Assembly (NCBI GenBank): GCA_035501555.1
Contig: DATJWA010000001.1
Location: forward strand, 2,202-66,201
Source of the DNA: Thermoplasmata archaeon
GTDB taxonomy: Archaea; Thermoplasmatota; Thermoplasmata; Lutacidiplasmatales; UBA184
DNA: 64,000 nucleotides
Direction: 5' to 3'
Below the pieces are notes generated by a model. It was not told the origin of the DNA. It saw nothing but the letters and a program-made list of their open reading frames with translations, and did no database searches. Shown piece after piece: positions 18,443 through 27,693 of the stretch; position 1 is the first letter of the stretch; each line of letters starts with the position of its first letter. A program made the translations under genes and the position numbers.

Positions 18443-21400
18443 TCAGCGCATCGCGCCGGGCGGAGGGCCCCCACCGGAGGGCGGTGGCGCCGGGGGCGCG
18501 ACCGCCCCGGGCGGAGGCGTCGGCGTCCCGGCCGACGGAGGACTCCACTGGACCGGCGGGGGCGGCCCTGCTTTGCGCCGACGACGCATCAGGAGCACCG
18601 CGAGGACCGCCGCGACGACCAGCACGACGATGGCGATGATCAGGATCGTGCTCAGCCCGAGCGGAGAGGAGCCGCCGGAGCCGTTCGCGTGGAACGTCAC
18701 CGTCACGGTCTGCCCGGCCCCCTGGATCTGCAGCGGGCCCGTCCCGTTCGAGATGGTGTAGCCGCTGATGCTCCCGACGGTGTACGTGTACGACCCGTTC
18801 GGCAGGTTGAACACGATCGACCCGGACCCCACGCCGGTCAGCGTGGAGCTTCCGATCGTGACCGACCAGCTCGCGGTCGCGTTCAGTCCGACCGCCTGGA
18901 ACGTCACGTGGTAGGTCACCTGCGTGACCGTGAGGGCGACCGTGACGTCCCCTCCGTTGACGGTGGTGGTCCCCGAGTTGGGGGTCAGGAGGTAGCCCGA
19001 AACCGTCGGGACGCTCCAGGAGTAGCTTCCGTTCTCCTCGGAGAAACCGGCGGGCCCGCTGAGGCCGGAGTGGGTGACCCCGTCCAGGACCAGCGCCCAC
19101 GCCGTGCTGGTAGGGAGGCCGTTGACGGTGAACCGCAGGGTGTACTGGGAGGGGATGTAGCCGAGGACCCGGTTGTTCCCGAGGTCGCATACCCAGAGGT
19201 TGCCGTGCGGGTCCTGGAGCACGGCGGCGGGGTAGTTGAGGCCGCTCGGCCCGAGGCTCGCGAAGGTGGTCGACGTGTTCCCCTGCCCCAGCGCCAGTAC
19301 CGGCGCCTGGAAGCTCGCGAACGTCGGCCCGAGGAACTCGACGACCCGGTTGTCGCCGCTGTCCGCCACCCAGACGCTGCCGGCGGAGTCGACGAGGACT
19401 CCGTTGGGGCCCGAGAGGGCGTTCGGGCCGGTCGCGTTGTCGAGGGTGAAGTTCTCCTGCCCGAGGACCAACGTCGCCGCCTCGCCGGTCGACAGCGGCG
19501 CGGGGAACTCGAGCGCTCGGTCGTTCCCGTAGTCCGCGATCCAGGCATTCCCGCGGGAGTCGAAGGTGACCCAGGCCGGGTCGCTGAGGTTGGTGGCCGA
19601 GAGGGCGGGGAGGTACCCGGTGAGGTCCGACTGTCCGAGGACGAGCGTGGCCGCCTCACCGGTCGTCTGAGGGGCCGGGTAGCCCACCACGCGGTTGTTG
19701 TCGTAGTCGGCGACCCAGAGGGTCCCGCCGGAGAAGCCGAGCCCCGCGGGCTCCGTGAGGTTGGTCGCGGTCGCGCTGCCGAGGTGGCCCGTGAACGAGC
19801 TCTGCCCGAGGACCACGCTCGCGGCCTCCCCGGTCGTGAACGGGGGAACGAACTCGAGGACCCGGTTGTTGCCGAAGTCCGACACCCAGAGGTCGCCCTG
19901 GGCGTCGAAGGCGATCCCGTCCGGCCGCGAGAGGTTGGTCGCCGACGTGCCGGGGAAGGTGCCGGTGAAGCTCGACTGGCCGAGGACGAGGCTCGCCGCC
20001 ATCCCGTTCGAGAACGGGGGCACGTACTCGAGGACCCGGTCGAACGTCCAGTCCGTCACCCACAGGTCGCCGCTCGAGTCGAACGCCGCGGCGTAGTTGT
20101 TGCCGCCGAGGTTCGAGGCGTTCGCGGCGGTCGGGAGGGCCCCCGAGTAGAACCCCGGTTCCCCGAGCACGACCGTCGCGGGGAGGCCGCTCGAGTACGG
20201 GTTCGGGGCCGCCGCGCTGAACGCGATCGTGACGGCGGTCGTGCCGTTCAACGGGACCTGCGAGTAGGCGGGGTCGGCCGTGTAGCCGGCGATGGGCGGG
20301 ATGTAGAGGGGGTAGGTGCCGTTGATGTCGGTGAACTGGAGCGGGCCGGTGCCGGTCATGGTGACGTTGTTCAGCTTCGCCGACCAGGAGGTGCCGGCGG
20401 GCAGCCCCGTCTCGGAGACGGTGAGCGTGTACGTCGTGGGCAGGTACTCGACCACCCGGTTGTTCCCGAGGTCGCTCACCCACAGGCCACCGTTCGGACC
20501 GACCTCGGCGCCGAACGGCGTGCTCAGGTTGACCGCGGAGAGGCCCGCCTGGTTGCCGGTGAGGTCCGACTGGCCCAGGGCGACCGCCGGGTCCTTGAAG
20601 GTGGAGAACGGCGGGAGGAACTCGACCACGCGGTTGTCTCCCGAGTCGGAGACCCAGAGGTTGCCCCGCGGGTCCACCGAGACGCTGTAGGGGTCCACGG
20701 TAGCGCCCGGCCCGGTCGAGCTCGTCGTGGTGAAGGAGGATTGGCCGATCAGGTAGCTCGCCGCCTCGCCCGTCGCGAACGACGAGGCGAACCCGACCAC
20801 CCGGTTGTTCGCCCAGTCGGCGACCCAGACGGTCGACCCGGTGGCCGCGACGTCGATGGGCGAGCTCAGGTTGACGTCCGTCGTGCCGCCCTGGTTGCCG
20901 GTAAAGCTGGTCTGGCCGAGGACGAGGGAGGCGGCCATCCCGCTCGAGAACGGAGGGACGAACTCGAGGACGCGGTCGTTCCCCTGGTCGGCGACCCAGA
21001 GGTCCCCGGAGGGGTCGAAGGCGAGCCCCGTGGGGTAGCTCACGTTGACGTCGGAGGTCCCGAGCTCGTTACCGGAGAAGTCGCTCTGCCCGAGGACGAG
21101 GGAGGCGGCCATCCCGGTCGTGAACGGGGGCGTGAACTCGAGCACGCGCTGGTTGCCCCAGTCGGCAACCCAGAGGTCTCCCTGGGAGTCCAGCGTCACG
21201 GCGGCCGGGTTGGTGAGGTTGGTGTCGCTGGTGCCGGGCTGGCTCCGACCGAAGCTGCTCTGACCGATCACGACGCTCGCGGCCTCCCCGGTGGAGACCG
21301 GTGCGGGGAACTCGAGGACCCGGTTCCCGGCGAAGTCGGGGACCCAGACGTCGCCCGAAGCGTCCTCGGTGGCGTACTCGGGCGAGGCCTGGAACGCGGA

Positions 21401-21682
21401 GTCGTTGACGGGTCCGAGGGTCGAATAGGAGCCGGTCAGGCTCGGCGCACCGAGCGCGAGCGAGATCGGCATCCCCGTGGAGAACGGGTTCGGAGGCGCC
21501 GCCAGGGGGGTCGGGAGGCTGGCGGGGGAGAGGGCGGAGGGGCTTGCCGGGGTGGCTAGGGAAGGGGCGGAGGAGGCGACGGAAGGTGGGGAGTGAGCCG
21601 CCGAGGCGCCCGGCGGGGGGAACGAAAGCACTAGGAGTACGATCAGTCCGAAAACGATCCCGAGGGAAAGCCGACGCCCCAT
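18443..21682 (-). CDS. large cell-surface protein: signal/TM, two six-bladed NHL-repeat beta-propellers, three Ig-like beta-sandwich domains, C-terminal TM anchor and polyproline cytoplasmic tail
   Basis: Twelve units of GDLWV(A/S)D.GNNRV(L/V)E(F/Y).PPF.TG.AAS.VLGQS.FTG at about 57-aa spacing, in two blocks of six. Ig-like domains start 'YTLTVSETGLPAGTSWS' and 'YTLRFTVNGLPTSTAWA'. TM 'ILIIAIVVLVVAAVLAVLL', then RRRRK and a Pro-rich tail. Start at ATG 21682 (hydrophobic N-terminus MGRRLSLGIVFGLIVLLVL) with TATA-like 'tttaag' about 35 nt upstream. Confidence 0.6.
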   Translation of the reverse strand: MGRRLSLGIVFGLIVLLVLSFPPPGASAAHSPPSVASSAPSLATPASPSALSPASLPTPLAAPPNPFSTGMPISLALGAPSLTGSYSTLGPVNDSAFQASPEYATEDASGDVWVPDFAGNRVLEFPAPVSTGEAASVVIGQSSFGRSQPGTSDTNLTNPAAVTLDSQGDLWVADWGNQRVLEFTPPFTTGMAASLVLGQSDFSGNELGTSDVNVSYPTGLAFDPSGDLWVADQGNDRVLEFVPPFSSGMAASLVLGQTSFTGNQGGTTDVNLSSPIDVAATGSTVWVADWANNRVVGFASSFATGEAASYLIGQSSFTTTSSTGPGATVDPYSVSVDPRGNLWVSDSGDNRVVEFLPPFSTFKDPAVALGQSDLTGNQAGLSAVNLSTPFGAEVGPNGGLWVSDLGNNRVVEYLPTTYTLTVSETGLPAGTSWSAKLNNVTMTGTGPLQFTDINGTYPLYIPPIAGYTADPAYSQVPLNGTTAVTIAFSAAAPNPYSSGLPATVVLGEPGFYSGALPTAANASNLGGNNYAAAFDSSGDLWVTDWTFDRVLEYVPPFSNGMAASLVLGQSSFTGTFPGTSATNLSRPDGIAFDAQGDLWVSDFGNNRVLEFVPPFTTGEAASVVLGQSSFTGHLGSATATNLTEPAGLGFSGGTLWVADYDNNRVVGYPAPQTTGEAATLVLGQSDLTGYLPALSATNLSDPAWVTFDSRGNAWIADYGNDRALEFPAPLSTGEAATLVLGQENFTLDNATGPNALSGPNGVLVDSAGSVWVADSGDNRVVEFLGPTFASFQAPVLALGQGNTSTTFASLGPSGLNYPAAVLQDPHGNLWVCDLGNNRVLGYIPSQYTLRFTVNGLPTSTAWALVLDGVTHSGLSGPAGFSEENGSYSWSVPTVSGYLLTPNSGTTTVNGGDVTVALTVTQVTYHVTFQAVGLNATASWSVTIGSSTLTGVGSGSIVFNLPNGSYTYTVGSISGYTISNGTGPLQIQGAGQTVTVTFHANGSGGSSPLGLSTILIIAIVVLVVAAVLAVLLMRRRRKAGPPPPVQWSPPSAGTPTPPPGAVAPPAPPPSGGGPPPGAMR
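19150..21358. repeat. intragenic tandem repeats (about 171-bp period, 12 copies in two blocks) encoding NHL blades
   Basis: Periodicity inferred from the translated protein of 18443..21682. Copies are diverged, so this is protein-level repeats rather than a recent DNA duplication. Confidence 0.5.
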
Positions 21683-21766
21683 GACGGCGTCGAGGTGGGC
21701 GCGGAAGGTCTTAAACTGTCCGGATTCGAGGTCGTCCCCGAGCGGGAGGGCACTCCCCACCGTCGT

Positions 21767-22045
21767 CTAGGTGTCCCAGTCCCACCAGCGGCGCGCCTCC
21801 CGGAACCCGAAGGAGACCCAGACGACCGCCATCACCGCGAACAGGACCAGGATCGAGACGATCACCACGATGATGCTCTGAAAGAGCGAGAACCCGTGGG
21901 CCCAGAAGCCGACGTAGAGCAGCGTCAGGCTCAGCCAGGCCACGGGCGCGAGGATCGACGCGATGATCCGCCGGCGGAGGGCGCGCCCGGTTTGGGAGAC
22001 TATCGACGATATGCCCATGTGCTCGGGACGGGCGTTCTCTTGCAT
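21767..22045 (-). CDS. small membrane protein (2 TM), hypothetical
   Basis: 92 aa with two hydrophobic helices (ILAPVAWLSLTLLYVGFW, IIVVIVSILVLFAVMAVVWV). AT-rich island 'ttttagtag' about 25 nt upstream. Confidence 0.3.
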   Translation of the reverse strand: MQENARPEHMGISSIVSQTGRALRRRIIASILAPVAWLSLTLLYVGFWAHGFSLFQSIIVVIVSILVLFAVMAVVWVSFGFREARRWWDWDT

Positions 22046-22113
22046 GGAACGTCGATGGGACGGGACTACTAAAACCCCGACTCACCGGTCGTGTGCATCG
22101 CCGAGGGGCCCGC

Positions 22114-22686
22114 TCAGGGAGCCGTCGTGGCGTAGATCGGTGAGGTCGCGGTCACGGTGTCGGTGCTCAGCGCCCAGAAGACCAGGTCCACGGTCAGCTC
22201 CGGCACCCCGAGGTGGCTCGAGGGGTCCGTCGGGATCGTGAGCGCCGTGTTGATCGTTCCCGAATACGATCCCGCCGCCCCGTAGCACCCCCAGGGGAAG
22301 GGGCATGCCGGGGAGACGCCTCCGACAGTCGTCTCGACCGAGGTGGAGGAGCTGGCCGACCAGTTCCCGAAGATCAGGATCGTGACGTTGTCGGTTGGCG
22401 AGGTGCCGGTGAGGTTGAGCTGGTAGAGCGCGATCGACTCGGAGATGAGGAACGTGAAGTTGGTCCACGTGGGCACTTTCGAACCGACGTACGAGGCCTG
22501 ATTGGTGGTTCCCCCGGAGATCGGGTGCCCGGCGAACGCGACCAGGAGCACGACGATCACCACCGCCGCGACCGACCACGCCGCGAAAAAGATGCGGCGC
22601 GGCCACAGGGGGATCTGCGGGCTCGGTGCGTTCACTGCGTGTCCTTGGCCGGGGAGGGCCCCCCCACCGACGGGACGACGGCGCAC
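22114..22686 (-). CDS. secreted/membrane-anchored hypothetical protein with N-glycosylation sequons
   Basis: N-terminal TM (FFAAWSVAAVVIVVLLVAFAG), S/T-rich mature part with NFT, NLT, NVT, NWS sequons and a Cys pair. Confidence 0.35.
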   Translation of the reverse strand: MRRRPVGGGALPGQGHAVNAPSPQIPLWPRRIFFAAWSVAAVVIVVLLVAFAGHPISGGTTNQASYVGSKVPTWTNFTFLISESIALYQLNLTGTSPTDNVTILIFGNWSASSSTSVETTVGGVSPACPFPWGCYGAAGSYSGTINTALTIPTDPSSHLGVPELTVDLVFWALSTDTVTATSPIYATTAP

Positions 22687-22774
22687 ACTATCTTAGGGTT
22701 CCGGGCGACGACCCCTTCTTCTCCAGCAGCGACCGTCATGTGGGGGCGGCGGCTAGGAACCGGCTCGAGCGCCG

Positions 22775-23296
22775 TTGCCGAACCCGCCGTCCGCAGAGCT
22801 GATCGACCTCGTCGGGGAGGACCGCGAACGGGCCGTCCCGGTGATCGTCGATTCGTTCGAGGGGATCTACCGCTGGCACGCCAAGCGGACCCTCCGCGAG
22901 GCCGGCGAGGTGCGGGCGGCCGTGCTGGGCGGGGAGGTCGCCGGGGTCTCGATGCTCGAGCGGTTCGTCCCCGAGGTCGGCTACGTCTACTACCTCGCAG
23001 TCGCCGCGCGCCATCGACGGCACGGGCTGGGACGGCTCCTGCTCGACGACGCCCTCTCCCGGTTCGACCGGCTCGGAGTGGAGGTGGTGTACGCCGCCGC
23101 CGAAGAGGACAACGTCGCCTCGCTCGAGCTCTTCCGGTCCCGGGGGTTCCGAACGGTCGAGCGGAAGGAGCTCGGCTACAAGGAGGGCGGGCTGGGCGCC
23201 TGGGGCCTCCGCAGCCGCATGCGGGTCGTCTGGGGCGAGGTCCTGCTCGGCAAGAGGCTCCGGCCCACCTCGGGCGGTGCGACGGCCCCGCCCTAA
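22775..23296 (+). CDS. GNAT family N-acetyltransferase
   Basis: YYLAVAARHRRHGLGRLLLDDAL (acetyl-CoA binding R-x-x-G-x-G) and NVASLELFRSRGF. Confidence 0.55.
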   Translation: MPNPPSAELIDLVGEDRERAVPVIVDSFEGIYRWHAKRTLREAGEVRAAVLGGEVAGVSMLERFVPEVGYVYYLAVAARHRRHGLGRLLLDDALSRFDRLGVEVVYAAAEEDNVASLELFRSRGFRTVERKELGYKEGGLGAWGLRSRMRVVWGEVLLGKRLRPTSGGATAPP

Positions 23297-23376
23297 CACG
23301 CGCCTGGATGCGAGATTGCTGCGCTCCAGCTGGACGCTGGAGATTCAACTCCCCCGGGATCGTACCGGCGCCGAGC

Positions 23377-24039
23377 CTACGCCCGGAGCTCCCCGGGCCC
23401 GAAGCGTACCAGTGCCCCGCCCAACGTGGACGGAGCCGGCCCGGTACTCCCGAGGAGCGAGACGGTGACCAGGCAGGTCCGTCCGGACCACCGCAGCTGT
23501 GGGTCGAAGCCGGAGCTTCGGAACACCTCGATCATGTCGGGGTTCTCGGGGAGCACTTCCGCGAGGAACTCACGGATCCCGAAGACGCGAGCGGCTCGGG
23601 CCAGGCGGCGGAGGAGGAGCGTCGCCACCCCGAGGTGGCGGTACCCGTCCGCGACGAGGAAGGCGATCTCGGCGGTGGGGGACCCCGGGCCGACGCGCAC
23701 GTACTCCCCGTGGCCGATGATGTGCAGGTCCGGTCCGTCCTGCCGGAAGATGAGCAAGGAGAGCCGGTCGCCGACCGTCCCGGGGGTCAGGACCTCCCCG
23801 GGAACCGACTCCGGACGGGTGACGGTGAAGAACCGCAGTCGGAGGGCGTCGCGCGAGAGTCCCTGGGCGAACACCTCGACCAGTTCCCGGTCGCGCGGCT
23901 GGGCCGCGCGGACCAGGACCTCGCTCCCGTTGCGGAGCGCCGCCGTGCCCTCCACGCCGGTGGGGAGAAGGTGAACGATCGTGCGGGGGGTGCTTTGCAT
24001 GCCCGTTCCAAGAAAAGGAGCCGCCCGGGCTCCCTTCAT
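23377..24039 (-). CDS. GNAT family N-acetyltransferase
   Basis: IAFLVADGYRHLGVATLLLRRLARAA and IEVFRSSGF. Convergent with the previous GNAT. Confidence 0.5.
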   Translation of the reverse strand: MKGARAAPFLGTGMQSTPRTIVHLLPTGVEGTAALRNGSEVLVRAAQPRDRELVEVFAQGLSRDALRLRFFTVTRPESVPGEVLTPGTVGDRLSLLIFRQDGPDLHIIGHGEYVRVGPGSPTAEIAFLVADGYRHLGVATLLLRRLARAARVFGIREFLAEVLPENPDMIEVFRSSGFDPQLRWSGRTCLVTVSLLGSTGPAPSTLGGALVRFGPGELRA

Positions 24040-24093
24040 CTCGCCGTCAACTCCCGTTGACCCTCCCGGCGGCCGCCGGGGCTCGAAGGTCCT

Positions 24094-24561
24094 TCAGTTC
24101 ACGGGCGGGGAGGGAGGTTGCGGGGGGACCGGGAGGGGCGCAGGAGCCGACGGCGGGGGGACCGGCAGGCCGGCCCCGGGCCCGGGAAAGACAGGGGGCG
24201 GGAAGGACGAGGGGCCGGGCGGTGGCGGGCCCAGAGGGAAATCGACCTCCCGACGGGCCATGATGTCGATGATCACGGCGGCGACTAGGCCCCCGCCCAC
24301 GCCGGCGACGACGAACCCGACTCCGAGCATCCCCTCGTCAGTGACGGTGTTGTTCTCCGCAGCGTTGATGCTGGACTGGCAACTGGTGCCCCCGGGCAGC
24401 TGGTCAAGGCACGACACCTCGGTCTGCTCCGCCTGTCCCAGGAGCACGATGGAGGTGCCGATCAGGACCAGCCCTGCGACGAGGGCGATGACGCTCACCC
24501 AAGCGAACCGGCGCCTCCGGGAGGTCCCGGAACCGGTCCAGCCCCCGGGAGTTGCGACCAT
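24094..24561 (-). CDS. small membrane protein, paralog A (TM, Cys-pair loop, Gly-zipper TM, polyproline tail)
   Basis: TM1 FAWVSVIALVAGLVLIGTSIVLL, loop SCLDQLPGGTSCQSS with NNT sequon, TM2 GVGFVVAGVGGGLVAAVIIDI, tail PPPPGPSSFPPPVFPGPGAGLPVPPPSAPAPLPVPPQPPSPP. Start set at MVATPGG to abut paralog B. Confidence 0.4.
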   Translation of the reverse strand: MVATPGGWTGSGTSRRRRFAWVSVIALVAGLVLIGTSIVLLGQAEQTEVSCLDQLPGGTSCQSSINAAENNTVTDEGMLGVGFVVAGVGGGLVAAVIIDIMARREVDFPLGPPPPGPSSFPPPVFPGPGAGLPVPPPSAPAPLPVPPQPPSPPVN

Positions 24562-24563
24562 GT

Positions 24564-24911
24564 CTAGGGCGCCCCGGGAGGGAAGGAGGGAGGGGGTGGG
24601 CCCGGCGGAAGGTACCCCGGTCGAGCGGCGGGGGGCCACCGGGTCATGAAGCCGACGGCGGCGATCAGCACGAGGCCCAACCCGATCCCGGCGACGATGA
24701 ACCCGGCCCCAAGGAAGTATTCCGAGTCGAGGCTCGCGTTCAGCGCGTTGCTGGCCACCGAGCTGCAGCCGGACGACGGAGGGTTGTATTCGCAGTTGAT
24801 CTCCGAACCCTCGGCGACAGCATCACTCAGAAAGCCCGACCCGATGACCGCGAGCCCGGCCGTGATGAGCACGGCTCCCGCCAGACCGAGAGTCCGCAGG
24901 GGGGTCGGCAT
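24564..24911 (-). CDS. small membrane protein, paralog B (same architecture as 24094..24561)
   Basis: TM1 LGLAGAVLITAGLAVIGSGFL, loop INCEYNPPSSGCSS with NAS sequon, TM2 GAGFIVAGIGLGLVLIAAVGF, tail PPGPPPPSFPPGAP. Confidence 0.4.
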   Translation of the reverse strand: MPTPLRTLGLAGAVLITAGLAVIGSGFLSDAVAEGSEINCEYNPPSSGCSSVASNALNASLDSEYFLGAGFIVAGIGLGLVLIAAVGFMTRWPPAARPGYLPPGPPPPSFPPGAP

Positions 24912-25016
24912 GGCCGTCGATTTCCGACGGCCTGAAATGGGTTTCCGTTCCAGTGGAAGGGGCCGGCGGCTGGCTCGTTGGCTGCGGGGTCGGCCGGGCG
25001 ACGGGCGCCCTGGGTC

Positions 25017-25304
25017 CTACGGTTGGATGGTGATCTTGCCCGAGCGCCCCATGGAGACCTGGAGCCGGCCTCGGAAGTCCTTGACCCAGCCGTCGGTGAC
25101 CGTGACTTTCTGACCGACCTTGTACTTCGGGATGTCGTCGCCCCAGAGCGTCAGGGTGGTGGTCCCGGTCTCGTCCTGTAGGGTCGCGTCGGCGACCCGG
25201 GAGGGGCCCCGAGAGGTCGTCACGTCGCGCGCCTCCGAGATGGCCGTGATCGTCGCGGTGAAGGTCGCATTCGCGTTCGCGCGGAGGCTCGAGATGCCGG
25301 GCAT
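25017..25304 (-). CDS. single OB-fold nucleic-acid-binding protein (mini RPA/SSB-like)
   Basis: About 95 aa with OB-fold pattern (VADATLQDETGTTTLTLWGDD...KVGQKVTVTDGWVKDFRGRLQVSMGRSGKITI). Start set at the internal Met; the longer ORF from 25454 is Arg/Gly-rich low complexity. Confidence 0.35.
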   Translation of the reverse strand: MPGISSLRANANATFTATITAISEARDVTTSRGPSRVADATLQDETGTTTLTLWGDDIPKYKVGQKVTVTDGWVKDFRGRLQVSMGRSGKITIQP

Positions 25305-25561
25305 GACGGGCGGAGCCAGCCGCAGGGGGTTAAGCCGCTTTTGGCCCCTCCTCGAGGCCCCCGACGCGGTCGACCAAGCGCCCCACGGCCGGGCCTCCGG
25401 TCCCCGAAGCGCTCGGCCCAGTCGACCCCGGACCGACTCGAGCGTGGGCTTCAAAGGGGGCCGGAGGTACTTCTTCGCGAGTTCTGCGTGAGCGCTCCGT
25501 GGGCTGACCCCTTCGTGCCCTCTCTCCCCTGCGCGGCCGGACCGAGGCGAGCGGCCGAGCC

Positions 25562-26524
25562 ATGAGCCGAGTCCTCGTCGCTCTCGGGGGGAACGCGATC
25601 CTCCGGGCCCATGAGCGGGGGACGTGGGCCGAGAGCGTCCGTCAGATGCGGAGGACGGTCCCCGCGCTCGTACAGGTCGCGCGCCAGGGCCACGAGCTGA
25701 TCCTCACGCACGGGAACGGACCCCAGGTGGGGAACCTGCTGCGGGAGGCCGAGCTCGGGGCCACCGAGGTGCCGGCGCCCCCCATGCACGTCCTCGGTGC
25801 GGAGTCCGAGGGCCAGGTCGGCTACCTGATCGCGCAGGTCCTCGGGGCCGAGCTCCGCCGGCGGCACGTTCCCCGGCTCGTCGTGACGATCATCAGCCAG
25901 ACCGAGGTCTCTCCCCGGGACCCTGCGTTTCGCCACCCGAGCAAGCCGGTCGGTCGGTTCTACACGGCCCGGGAGGCCCGGCGCCTGCGGGTCCGTCCGG
26001 GCTGGGTGATGCGGAACGACCCGAGCCGCGGGGGCTGGCGTCGGCTCGTCCCCTCGCCCCAGCCCCTGCGATGGGTCGAGGGGGCTGCCGTCCGCCGGAT
26101 GTTCGACGCCGGTCTCGGCGCCCACTTCATCCCCGTGGTCGCCGGCGGGGGCGGGATCCCGGTCGTTCGGGGCCGGGACGGGAACTACCGAGGGGTCGAC
26201 GCGGTCATCGACAAGGACCGGACGGCGGCGCTGGTGGCGACCGAGCTCGGAGCCGACACTCTCGCGGTCGTCACGGACGTCCCGGCCGCCGCCGTGGGGT
26301 ACCAGACCGCGCACCCTCGATGGCTCGGCGAGATCACCGCCCGTGAACTGAAGTCCTACCTCGCTCGCGGAGAGTTCGGGGAGGGAAGCATGGGCCCGAA
26401 GGTCGAGGCGGGACTCTCCTTCCTGCGCCGCGGCGGCAAGCGGTTCATCATCACGAACGTCGCCTCCCTCTCGGCCGCACTGGCCGGCCGCGCCGGCACC
26501 CGTGTCACCGCCGGGAAGCGCTAG
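25562..26524 (+). CDS. arcC: carbamate kinase
   Basis: MSRVLVALGGNAIL, VLTHGNGPQVGNLL, and GGGGIPVV in the C-terminal domain. Confidence 0.8.
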   Translation: MSRVLVALGGNAILRAHERGTWAESVRQMRRTVPALVQVARQGHELILTHGNGPQVGNLLREAELGATEVPAPPMHVLGAESEGQVGYLIAQVLGAELRRRHVPRLVVTIISQTEVSPRDPAFRHPSKPVGRFYTAREARRLRVRPGWVMRNDPSRGGWRRLVPSPQPLRWVEGAAVRRMFDAGLGAHFIPVVAGGGGIPVVRGRDGNYRGVDAVIDKDRTAALVATELGADTLAVVTDVPAAAVGYQTAHPRWLGEITARELKSYLARGEFGEGSMGPKVEAGLSFLRRGGKRFIITNVASLSAALAGRAGTRVTAGKR

Positions 26525-27693
26525 CCCGGCGGCGGGTCCTCTCTGGCCGGCCGGTCACGTGGCCAGAGCTTGCGTGCAGCGATCAGGTGCATGATCTCGG
26601 AAGGACCGTGCGCGATCGCGCCGCTGCGCACGTCCCGCCACCGTTGCTCGTGCGGAAGTTCGCTCGAATACCCGCGGCCCCCGTGGAACTGGATCGCATG
26701 GTCGATCGCCCGCAGCGCGACCTCGGTGGCCATCCACTTCGCGAGCGCCGCCTCCGCATCGACATCCTGACCCTGCCCCAGCCGCCGGAGCGTCTGCTCG
26801 GTGTACAGCCAGGCCGCGTCGAGCCGGGCGCCGTCCTCGACGATCGGGAAGGCCACGGCCTCGTGGCCGGACAGCGTCCGGCCGAACGTCGTCCGCGTGC
26901 CCGCATGTCCGACGACCTCGGTCCACGACGCCCGCCCGACACCAAGGTAGATGGCGGCGAGGAGGACGCGCTCCCGGGTCAGCTCCGGCCGCACGTAGTC
27001 GAAGCCGTGTCCCTCCTCGCCCAGGCGGTGGTCGGCGGGGACCCTCACTCCCCGGTAGCGGACCGTGCCGCGGCGCTGCCACCGCTCGCCGAGGTCGGCC
27101 GCGGTCCGCTCGCGCTCGACCCCCGGAGAGTCCTGAGGTACAAGGAACGCCGTGATCCCGGCCGACGGGCCCTCGCCCGTCCGTCCGTAGACGATCGCCG
27201 CCTCCGCGTCCTCGGCGAAGGCGACCTCCGTCTTCTCCCCGTCGAGGAGGTAGGAGTCTCCGTCGCGACGGGCGACGAGCTCGAGGTGCCGGGGGTCGGA
27301 GCCGGCGCCGCGCTCGGTGAGCTGGTTGCCGACGAGGCGCCGGCCCTCGGCCAGCGGGCGCACCCACGCCTCGCGAAGGGACGGAGAGCCGTGCTCGGCG
27401 AGCACGGAGGAGAACTCCGGTTGGAGCGCCAGCTTGGCGAAGACCGTCCCGGTCCGGTAGGCGAGCCGGTGAAGCAGGGTCCCGGCCCGGGGGAGGGGCA
27501 GGCCCCGGCCCCCCGCGGCGGCGGCGCACGTGAGGCCGAGCCAGCCGGCCTCGCCCATCGCGCGGAACTCGCCACGAGGGAATCGCGGATCGCGGTCCAA
27601 CTCCCGCGCTCGCTCGGCCAGCCGGTGGGTCCGGACGAACTCGTCGAGCTCCCCGGCCAGCGGATCGTCCGGGAGCTGCTCGGGGATCGACAT
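26521..27693 (-). CDS. acyl-CoA dehydrogenase family protein
   Basis: About 390 aa. ACAD middle-domain motif GITAFLV, and C-terminal helical domain ending QFHGGRGY. Confidence 0.75.
   Translation of the reverse strand: MSIPEQLPDDPLAGELDEFVRTHRLAERARELDRDPRFPRGEFRAMGEAGWLGLTCAAAAGGRGLPLPRAGTLLHRLAYRTGTVFAKLALQPEFSSVLAEHGSPSLREAWVRPLAEGRRLVGNQLTERGAGSDPRHLELVARRDGDSYLLDGEKTEVAFAEDAEAAIVYGRTGEGPSAGITAFLVPQDSPGVERERTAADLGERWQRRGTVRYRGVRVPADHRLGEEGHGFDYVRPELTRERVLLAAIYLGVGRASWTEVVGHAGTRTTFGRTLSGHEAVAFPIVEDGARLDAAWLYTEQTLRRLGQGQDVDAEAALAKWMATEVALRAIDHAIQFHGGRGYSSELPHEQRWRDVRSGAIAHGPSEIMHLIAARKLWPRDRPAREDPPPG

Noticed and set aside
23381-23398. GC-rich hairpin GCCCGG-agctcc-CCGGGC between the convergent GNAT genes
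   Set aside because: It falls within the last codons of the minus-strand GNAT and has no T-tract. It is probably coincidental in GC-rich sequence.
22775-24039. The convergent GNAT pair as a possible toxin-antitoxin (GNAT toxin plus RHH antitoxin) system
   Set aside because: No small RHH or HTH antitoxin gene is adjacent to either GNAT. The only RHH-like gene (55117..55365) is 30 kb away and solitary.
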